Of a stretch of 54,729 nt of DNA, positions 37,996 through 49,900 are shown one piece after another. A model generated the notes under the pieces. It saw only the letters and a program-made list of their open reading frames with translations. It was not told the origin of the DNA and did no database searches. How positions within the stretch are numbered: position 1 is the first letter of the stretch; every line of letters starts with the position of its first letter. This DNA comes from a virus. Its lineage: Duplodnaviria; Caudoviricetes. Location of the stretch: IMG/VR virus record IMGVR_UViG_3300032093_000178, positions 1-54,729 of that record; one strand, 5' to 3'. Position numbers and translations under genes: made by a program.

Positions 37996-40900
37996 TTATA
38001 TTTGTAGTGCCAATGAGAACGGAGTTACTAATGAGAATAGAGATTTACTAAATGTTCTACCCACAAGAGTACCAGTTGCCTGATTAATACTCAATCCCGT
38101 ACCAATTCTAAAGTCACCATCTTGGTTTCCAGAGGTAAAGAATATTCTACCACCACCCAATTCGGTAATTTCAAACGCCGGATTAGCTACACCACTACCA
38201 CCTTGATTTGGTGGAAGTGCTTTAAATGTCACACCACTACCATTATAAGAGTAGTCAATACCAGTTGCCACAATTAAAGAACCAAATGCTTCCAATGGAG
38301 CTCCCGCTGCTATAAACTCTGCTCTAGTTCTTAGATAACGATTTGTTTCCAATGTTTCTAATAATTGGTCTCTAGTCACAGCGATTGCACTTCCATACTG
38401 ACCATCGTAGTATGAAGATGCTGCTCTAATTCCTCTTTCATTTCCACCATATAATAAGTCTGTCACACACGCATCTACAATAAATCCAGTATCACGTGAA
38501 CAACTCGCCTCATTATATACTAAATATGGGAAAGCTCCATTTGTATATCCAATTGCTCTTTGTTTTAATTCTTCTTTACCAAGTTTTAATCTTTCAGCCG
38601 CTTGTCTTCTTTTAGTTGATGGAGCTAAATAATTTAATAGAGTATTTGCAACTATCTTTTCAGAAAGTCCTCTTGCGAAGTTAATACCATCTACGGTTTG
38701 TTTTTTCTGTCCATTATTATCACCATAACTCTCCACAATCGCTACCGATGGGAATTTATAGTAGTATGAACCCGCTTCAATACTTCTTTCGTTACCACCA
38801 TAAACTAAGTCAGTTCTGATTGCATCTATGATAAATCCTAAGTCACGCGAACAACTTACTTCATTGTACTTTAATCCACTCCAAGATGAAGATAAGAATG
38901 TTATAGTTTCTTTTTGTATCAATTCTTTATTATCTGTCAACAATTTTGCAGTTGTTAATAACGATGCAGATGGTACTAAATAGGTTGGATTAGTTATTAC
39001 CTTTTTAGATAATTTTCCAGCGTATCTGATACCAGTAAGTGTTGGGTCTAATTGGTTTTGAGTTGATGGAACACCCGAATTAATTGCGTTAGAAGGATAT
39101 AAATAATAATACTGTCCTGCTATTACACTTCTTTCTTGTCCACCATATAATACATCAGTTGCTGCTGCATCTATTAAGTATCCAACATCTCTCTTACACG
39201 TTGCCTCATTATAATATACACCACTCCAAGATGAAGATACATATTTAATTGTTTCTTCTGCTACGAATGTTTTATTTTTTCTTAACAGGTCAAATGATGC
39301 AGATGCCTCTAATGATGCGGTTACAAATACTATGTTTTTTACAACTTTTTGTGCCAATCTACTTGCGTAGTTTATACCATCAATTGTTTGTCCTAATTGA
39401 CCAAGTCCATCACCATCTCCTTCAACAATTGCCAAAGATGGATATTTGTAATAGAACTCGCCATTTAATACACTTCTCTCATTACCACCATATAATAAAT
39501 CGGTAGTAACACCATCTAATATATAACCAACATCTCTCTTACACTTATCTTTATCATACTCAAATGTACTCCAGCTAGCAGTTAAGTAAGCTAAAGTTTC
39601 ATTTTGTATAAACTCTCTATTCTTTCTCAACAAATTAACCGATGCTGATACTATTTGTGATGCAGTTACATAAGTTAATGATGCTGCAACATTCTTAGAA
39701 GTTTGTCCTGCGTAATTAACACCCGTTAATGTTGGTTGTAATTGTGAGCCTTGCGCTTGAGATGGATATAAGTAATAGAATACCCCAGCGTTTGTACTTC
39801 TTTCATTACCACCATATAATAAATCGGTAGAAACTGCATCTATGATATGACCAACATCTCTCTTACAAGTTACCTCATCATACGATGCCGTGCTCCAAGA
39901 AGAAGATATGTACGCGATAGTTTCATTTTGAATAAACTCTCTATTGTTTCGTATCAATTCGTATGATGCCGATACATTTGCTGATGCGGTTACATAAGTT
40001 ACATTTTGTACTATATTTTGTGCCAAACGGCTTGCATAGTTAATACCATCCAATGTTTGATTTAGTTGTGCACCTTGTGCTTGAGATGGATATAAGTAAT
40101 AGAACACACCATTGAATATTGATGCGGAATTTGCATTAAATAATAAGTCTTCGGCAGAACCACTTAATATAAACCCTAAATCACGTCTACACTTACTTTC
40201 ATCGTAAGATGCAGTTGACCAAGATGAACTCAAATATGCAATACTTTCCGATACTATGAATCCAATATTTGCTTTTAATAAATTATATGCGTATATTACA
40301 TTAGTATCAACGGATGCAGTTGTATATGGAATTAAAGTTGGTAATGAACCAGTACCATTTCTTACTATATCTGTTACAATAGAAATAGATGCGGATATTG
40401 TGTTAGCTTCGGTAATAGTTCCAAATAACGATGATGTTATAAATTGTTGAGCGTTAGTTACTTTAATATTTGCTAACGTATTAGGTATAACAGAAGGTGT
40501 CCCTATCAATATACTACTAATAGATGCCGTTGTTATTCTAGCTGCGTACTTAATTGCTTCCACTGTCTCCACAACTTGCGAACCAGACCCATTAGCTTGA
40601 GATGGGAACTGATAATAGTAATCCGCATTCTTTCTACTTCTTTCGTTACCACCATAAAGTAAATCAGTTGCTACACCATCGATGATATATCCTAAATCTC
40701 TATAACATTTACTTTCACTATAATCTAAATTAGGGTATTTAACATTTACAAATGCGATACTTTCACTTTGTATGAATCGTTTGTTAGCCTTTATTAAATC
40801 ATAGGTATATTGAACTTCTAATGATGATGTAAATATCTCTTTATTAACAACTACATTCATAGCTGTTCCTTTTGCGTATCTTACACCAGTTAATGTTGGT

Positions 40901-43900
40901 TCTAATTGTGAATCGGTAGCTTGTGATGGGAAATCATAATAGTATCTTCCAGCCACAACACTTCTTTCGTTTCCGCCATATAAAAGGTCAGTTGCTACAG
41001 CATCTATAATATATCCGATATCTCTTTTACAAGTTATTTCATTATAATCAAAATCACTCCAAGAAGAAGATAGATACGCAATTGATTCACTTTGTATAAA
41101 TTCTTTATTAGCTCTTAATGAATTCCAAGATGCCGATGTTTGTTGATTAATCGATGCTGATATATGTGTAAACGGAATGTTCAACACCACCTTCTCTGCC
41201 AATCCACTTGCGTATTTAATTGCAGTGATTGTTTGGTCTAATTGTGAACCAGTAGCTTGTGATGGGAAATCAAAATAGAACTTACCATTAAACAAAGATG
41301 CTGAGTTACCACCGTATAAAAGGTCAAATGCAGAACCACTAAGGATTCCAGTCAAATCTCTTTCACATTTACTTTGTGTATATTCAAATCCACTCCAAGA
41401 TGAACTCATATATGCAATAGTTTCATCAACTATAAATTTAGAGTTACTTACTAATAAGTTATATGCCGAATTTATCTTTGTATTTGTATTTGCTATTGGA
41501 TATGTTGATGGTCTATATGCGATTGAACTTGTACCATTATTTAATAACACATCAATTACCAACGATAATGATGCTGATATTAATTTGCCTTGCAATCTTC
41601 CTGCTGCACTTCCACTTATTAATTGTGGAGTATCAGTTACTTTAATACTTGCAGATGTATTTGATACGATTGTTGGTAGAACCGATGTTCCATTTTCAAT
41701 TACATTTAGTATCAAATCAAATCCACTTGCAATCTTATTAGTATCAAATGATGATGCCGATATTACTTGTCTTATAGGATTTGCATTTGTTACTTTTAAT
41801 GATGAAGATGTACTAGCTACTAATGTAGGTAATACACTTAATCCATTTTTAAGAACGTTTACAACAGTACCATAAGAAGAACTTATATTTGTAATTTGAG
41901 TTGATAAGTTATATGAACCAGTTCCAATTACTTGTTCTTGTGAACTTATATGTAATAAAGTTGGTGTAGATAATTCAAACCCATAATTATAGTTTCTTGC
42001 CAATGAATCCGGTACAAATGCAACACCATTTTCAATAATATCAGCCACATGCTTAAATGATGATGTGATAATATCTAATTCAACTCCACTTGCTGATATT
42101 GATGATGTGTATTGAATGGTATTACTTACTTTAATTAAACCATTTCCATTTTCAATAATAGTTGGTATTGTAGATAATCCATTTTCAATAATATTAGTAA
42201 CTAACGCAAATGATGAACTAATTTGATTTACTTCGTTTATACTTGCACTCAACGATGTTGTATATTGTGTTGTATCGGTTACTTTAATATTTCCATCGGT
42301 ATTTGTTGTTAATGCCGGTGAATTTAATTTAATGTTTTGAGCAATTGCTTTAGAAAGTGCTTTTGCGTATTCAACACCCTCTACAGTTTCTCTAACTTGC
42401 GTACTCTTTGTTGCTAATGATGGATATAAGTAATAATACTGTCCTGCTATAACACTTCTTTGATTTCCACCATAGAAAGTATCAGTTATAACCGCATCTA
42501 AAATATAGCCAACATCACGTCTACATTTTTCTCTTAAATAAACTAAATTAGGGAAGAATGCATCTATATATTGTACCGTTTCGTTTTGTATAAATCGTTT
42601 ATTCTGTCTCAACAAATTAACCGATGATGTTACAAATCCAGTTGGTGCTATCAGTTCTTTATTTGATATCACATTTTGAGCAGTACCAGCTACATATTGT
42701 ATTCCATCAAGAGTAGGTCCTTTTTGAGTTGCTGTAGTTGGTGAAATAGAACCGGTTAGAATTGCCGCTGATGGATATAAATAATAATACTCTCCAGCTT
42801 TAGAACTTCTTTCGTTTCCACCATATAAAAGGTCAGTTCTTACCGCATCTATAATATAGCCAATATCTCTCTTACAAGTTGTTTCATTATAACTAAATCC
42901 ATCATCACCACTCCAAGAAGAAGATAGATAAGCAATTGATTCGCTTTGTATAAACTTCTTATTATCCGTTAATAAATTAAATCCAGTTAATTCAGATGTT
43001 GTTGGTGATTGTAATAATATGTTTGCTACAATTTTTTCAGTAATTCCTTTAGCGTATTTTATACCATCTAAAGTTTGATTTAATTGTCCACCAGTATCAC
43101 CGTCATTACCTATGATTGCTAATGAAGGATATAAGTAATAATACTCACCAGCTTCAGCTACTCTTTCATTACCACCATAAAGAATATCAGTTGCTACTGC
43201 ATCTAAAATATATCCAACATCTCTCTTACAAGTTGTTTCATTATAAGGGAATGAACTCCAAGAAGAAGATATATATGCAATAGTTTCATTTTGTATAAAT
43301 GCCTTATTATTGAATATTAATTCGTATGCTAAAATGCTAGAATTTGATGCCGATACAAATGTTGAATTCTTTAATACTTTATCAGTTAAATCTTTTGCAT
43401 ATTTGATTCCACTTAATGTTGCTCCTAATTGAGATGTTGTAGCTTGTGATGGATATTCATAATAGAATACTCCAGCATTAATACTTCTTTCATTACCACC
43501 ATAAACTATATCAGTTGTTACCGCATCTAAAATATGTCCTACATCTCTCTTACAAGTTGTTTCATTATAAGATGTTGTACTCCAACTTGCCGATACATAA
43601 CTTATAACTTCGTTTTGTATAAATTCTCTATTGTTATAAATTAATTCTTTTGCTTGTAATTTATTTTGTGATACTTTAATAAATGTATTTCCTTTAAGAA
43701 TTTTGAATGCGATATCTCTAGCATATTGGATACCGGTAACAGTCTCCTGTATTTGTGAACCCGTTGCTTCTGATGGATATAAGTAATAGAATACCCCAGC
43801 ATTTATTGTTCTTTCGTTTCCACCATATAATAAATCCGTAGAAACTGCATCTATAATATGTACTATATCTCTTTTACACGTTGATTCAACGTACTGATGC

Positions 43901-46900
43901 GTGCTCCAAGATGAACTTATATAAGGTATTACTTCATTTTTAATAAAATCTTTGTTATTAACTAAAAGGGCATATGCATCTTTAACTTGTGCCGATTGAG
44001 TTACAAATGTAGTATTTAATACTATTTTTTGTGCCAAACGTGATGCGTAATTAATACCATCTAAAGTTTGATTTAATTGTGCTCCTTGTGCTTGTGATGG
44101 GAACTGATAGTAATATGCCCCATTAAATACGGATGCAGAATTTGCATTCCATAACAAATCTTCTGCTGAACCGCTCAATATAAATCTTAAATCACGTCTA
44201 CACTTACTTTCATCGTAAGATGCAGTTGACCAAGAAGAACTTAGGTATGCAATTGATTCAGAGACTATAAAATCTAAGTTATTTTTTAAGATAGTATAAG
44301 CTGCTATTACATTTGAAGATGATATTGATGATGTATATAAAGTCACAGTTGGCAAAGAACCCGTACCATTTGCTATTATATTTGTTACAATAGAAATAGA
44401 TGCAGATATTGCATTAGCTTGTGTTTGTGTTGCTGGCGTTCCTCCAAAATATTGAGTAGCATTAGTTACTTTAATATTATTTACATTTGAAATAATAGTA
44501 GGTAATGAACCAGTACCATTTTCTAATATGTTTATAATTTTATCAAAACTTCCAGATATATTTCTTGCCAATGAAGATGATATAATTACAGAAGATGTAT
44601 ATTGATTTGTATTTGTTATTTTTACTAACCCATCAACATTTTTAATTGATACAGGCAATGAACCAGTACCATTTTCAACAATATCTAAAACAATATCAAA
44701 ATTATTATTTGAAGATGTAAGATATGTAGATGATATTGATGCGGTTGTTATATATCTATTTGTAGGAGTTCTTCTAATTAAAGAATTTACATTTGTTACA
44801 ATAGTTGGAATTGAACCTGTGCCATTTTCTACAATATCAAGTACGATATCAAATCCGGTAGTTACTTTTACGTTTTCAGTATTAGATGGAGTTATTGATG
44901 ATGTTATTTGTGCACCACCCAAAACATTTACCCCTTTATTTGTATTTTTAACAATAGTTGTTGGTATTGAACCAGTTCCGTTTGATAGGATATTAAGTAT
45001 GTTACCAAAAGAAGATGATACAATAGATTTATCATTTGTACCTACTGATATAGATGATGTAATTTGTTGAGCGGTAGTTGCTTTAATTCCAGCTGAAGTA
45101 TTTAATACCACATTAGGTGCTGAATTACTTCCGCTTTCAATTACGTTTGCTACAATATCAAAACCATCTTCTATTGATTTTCCACCAATTGCTACTAACT
45201 TTGCTAAACCTTTTGTAAAGTTTAATGAATCAATTGTTTCTTCAGATTGAACTCCGGTAGCTTGAGATGGATATAGGTAATAGAATCTTCCAGCAGTTAT
45301 ACTTCTTTCATTACCACCATAAACTAAGTCAGTAATTACAGCATCTACAATAAATCCAGTATCTCTATAACACTTACTTTGGATATAATCTAAATTAGGA
45401 TATGTTTCATTTGCATAATCAACGGTATTTTGTTGTAAAAATGCTCTATTAGTTTTTAATAAACTTGCTGCGTTTAATACTGATGTAGATGGTGCTGATA
45501 ATACAACATTAGTAATTATATTTTGTACTAATTGATTTGCATAATTTACACCAGTTATAGTTGGGTCTAATTGTTGTGTTGCCGAAGGTACTCCACCTAC
45601 AATTGCCGCCGATGGATATCTATAATAGTATTCTCCTGCAAATCTAGTTCTTTCGTTACCGCCATATACCAAGTCAGTTCTTACTGCATCTAAAATATAT
45701 TTTGTATCTCTTAAACACTTAGCCTGATTGTATTCTGCTGTACTCCAAGATGAAGATACATATGCAACTACTTCATTTGCAATTAAGTTTTTATTTCTTG
45801 ATATTAAATTACTTGCATTTAATTTGTTTTCATCAGCCGAAAGGAATACCGAACCAGTAACAATCTTTTGTATCATTCTACCTGCATAGTTGATACCATC
45901 TAAAGTTGGAAGTAATTGTGAACCAGTTGCTTGAGATGGATATAAGTAATAGAATATACCAGCATTTCTACTTCTTTCGTTACCACCATAAACTAAGTCA
46001 GTTCTGATTGCATCTATTATATGTCCTACATCTCTCTTACAAGTTAATTCAATATATGGATGCTCACCCCAAGAAGAACTCAAATAAGCGATTGTTTCAT
46101 CTTGTATGAATACTTTGTTGTTTACTAATAAGGATGCCGCATTTAGGATATTAGCCGATGCTGTTATGAATTCTACATTTTGAATTACTTTTTGTGCCAA
46201 ACGCGATGCGTAGTTAATACCATCTAATGTTTGTTGAAGCTGAGCACCTTGCGCTTGTGATGGGAATTCCCAATAGAACAATCCGTTAAATACAGATGCA
46301 GAATTTGCGTTCCATATTAAATCTTCAGCTGAACCACTCAATATAAATCCTAAATCACGTCTACACTTACTTTCATCATATTCAAATCCAGCCCAAGAAG
46401 AACTTAGATATGCAATTGATTCAGATACTATAAATGGAATATTGTTTTTAAGAATTTCATAAGCCGCTACTGAATTAGATGATGTTATTCTATTTGTATA
46501 TGTTTGGAAAGCCGGTGCTGAAAACTCACCACCTTCAATTATCTTTGTTACAATTGATATTGATGACGATATAAAGTTTACATCACTTGCACTTGCCGAA
46601 TAAGATGCCGAAATATATTGTGATGCGTTTGTTACTTTAATACTTGCACTTACATTTGATGTAAGAGTAGGTACAACAGATAATCCACCTTCTAATATAT
46701 CGGTGATTATTTTTATTGAAGAACTTAATTGTGTACTTTCAGTATTTGTTCCATAGTAACTAGAACCAGTTATGTATTGTGGTGTTTGAGTTACCTTTAC
46801 ATTTGAATTTAAGTTTGAAACTAATGTACCCAATGAACCAGTACCATTTGTTATTATAGTTGCTACATACGCAATTGATGCTGATATATCATTTCCAACC

Positions 46901-49900
46901 GAACCACTAACTACAAGTGAAGCTGTTATTTGTGGTGTTCCAGTTACAGCAATTGCTGCTGCTTGAGATGCGGTGAATAAAGGTTCTGCTATTAACCCAC
47001 CACCAATAATAGTATTTACAATATCAAAATTTCTAGCAATTGTATTTACTTCATTTGGCGTTGTAAAAGATGATGTTATTTGAGAACCAGTAGTTACATT
47101 TATTGGATTATATTTGTTCCAATTTAGTCCAGTATTTTGTGCCAACAAAGATTTAATTGAACCTAACCCCCTTTCCACAATTCCTTCTATAATTGAAAAC
47201 GAATTACCAACCGAAGTTTGTTCGTTAGTACCACCACCAAAAGATGATGTTATATTTGTTACACCAGATAATCTAAAGTTTTTCTCATCATTATAAACAA
47301 TACGAGGTGTATCTAATATTTGATTTTGAACAATCGTGTCTCCAATAATTTTTGCATAACGAATACCGGCAATAGTTGATGATTTTTGTGTTCTTGTAGC
47401 CTGTGATGGGAAATCATAATAATATCTACCCGCAATCACACCTCTTTCAAGACCACCATAAAGTAAATCAGTTGCTACATTATCAACGATATAACCAACA
47501 TCTCTCCTACAAGTTGCTTGATTATATTTTAAGTTTGGAAATGCAACGTTAATAAATTGAATTGTTTCGTTTTGAATTAATTCCTTATTATTTATTAAAT
47601 TATTATACGCAGATAAAGTTGATGCATCAGGTGATGTAAATGTTTTTCCTTTTAATAGATTATCAACTAACCCACTAGCATATCTTATGCCATCTACTGT
47701 TTGTCCTAATTGCCCAACACCGTCACCATCTCCTTGTACAATTGCTAATGATGGATATAAATAATAATATTCACCAGCAGTTATACTTCTTTCATTTCCA
47801 CCATATTTTATATCAGTTGCTACCGCATCTAAAATATACCCAGTATCACGTCTACACTTTACTTCATTGTAATAAAAATTAGACCAAGATGATGATAGAT
47901 AGGTTATAACTTCATTTTGTATAAATGTTTTATTATCTCTAATCGTATCCCAAACATCAACCACCTCATTCGTTGGTTCTACATATATCTTACCTCTAAT
48001 TAAATTCAATGCAACACCGGCCGCATGTTTAACTGCCGTTAGTGTTGGTCCTAATTGAGTAGTAGTTGCCTCCGATGGATACTGATAATAAAACAAACCA
48101 TTTCTAATACTTTCTTCGTTTCCACCAAATAAAAGGTCTTTTGCTACACCATCTATGATATACCCAACATCTCTCTTACAAGTTTCTTCTGGATATGAAA
48201 AATCACTCCAAGACGATGAAACAAATTGAATAACCTCATCTTTAATAAATTCTTTGTTGTTTATTAATATTTCGTATGCAGTTATAATATCAATACCCGT
48301 TTTAGCTACCGAACCACTTTGTATTGTAGCAGGATATGTTAATGTATTTTTAATTAAATCAAATGGAGTTGTAGATGAATTTACTATATTAATTTCACCA
48401 CCCATAGAACTCCTATTCTGAGATACATAATATAATTTATTTGGTGCATTGTATGGTACCGTAAAGGTTATTGTGCCTCTACTATCACCATTATTAACCA
48501 TGCCAATATTATAATCAAATCTTTCTCCAATACCTTCTATTTGCTGTGTTCTAATCCAAAACGGATATTCAAGTCCACCAAATGTTTCTATCGCATCTAC
48601 ATTAAATTTGTAAGTTTCTCCTCTAAATAAAGTTAATGTAGGATTACTACCAATTCCTTCGAAATCAAATGAAGAACTATTTGTGTTTGTTATTACAAAT
48701 GATTTTTGATGATTTCCAGGTATTGGTAAAATATTACTACCAGTACCATTTGCTAAAATATTATAAACAATACTAAAACTTGCACTTACTGAATTTATTG
48801 TTGCTAAAGATGATGTTACACCAAGCATTATTTGTTCAGTATTTCCCGCTTTAATACTACCACTTGTATTTGCTACATATGTTGGTTTAACAGAAAGTCC
48901 TGATTTAATAATATTAATTATATTATTAAAAGATGAACTTACTGATGATGTATAGTTTGTTGCTACACTACCTATTGGTTGAATTATATCGTTACCTATT
49001 TGTTTACTAGCACTGGTATTTGGTCTAAAATTAAATGAACCTGTACCATTTGCTAATATACTCAAAATAGCCGCATAAGATGCACTTATTTGAGTTAAAT
49101 CTGCATTTGTTGCAGATATAGATGATGTTATTTGCTCTGCTCCTAAAATATTGTAAGGAGAATCAAACCCATATCCTTTTATAGAACTTTTTGCTAATAA
49201 CGTTGGGAAGTTTGATGCACCACTATCAACGATAGCACTAATCAATTTATAATCGGCTGATATTTCTTCGGCTGCTGCGGTTGATAATGCAGTTCCAGCA
49301 GATACTCTACTTTGTGTATATAAAGCCGGTGATGTTAAACGAATACCTTCATCAGTATTTAATTTTGTTATTGTAGGTAATCCGTTTTCTAAACCTTTAT
49401 TTAATACATCAACAACACAACTCCAAGTTCCTCTAACAGAATCTCTAGCTGCTATATTACCACCACTACCAGATATAAAACGAGAACCAGATGCATACAT
49501 ACCATATAAACCAAACGAAATGTTTGAGTTGTTTAGGGTAGCATGTCCACCATTGTTTACTCTAATAGAATAGTATGAGAAGTTATTAAAGAAAGATACC
49601 AACTGAATGAAACCTCTACCGTTTACCAAACAACCTACGCCATTTGGAGAAATTTGAGTGTACGCATCCAATACCATTGAAGCCAACGGAGAATCTGGAT
49701 CTATCACATCACCATTTACATAAAGACCTCCGCCGCCTGGTGGAATATCTTCGTAGAGTTCGGTGAATGAATTTTCTTGATTAGAAATCTGCGAACAGTT
49801 CTGAACGTATGGGGAAGTTGTAATAAATGCACCCGGTTGGAAAGCAACCGCAAATCCCTTTTCAGGATTTATTTGGTCTGGAAATAATCTCAAACCACCC

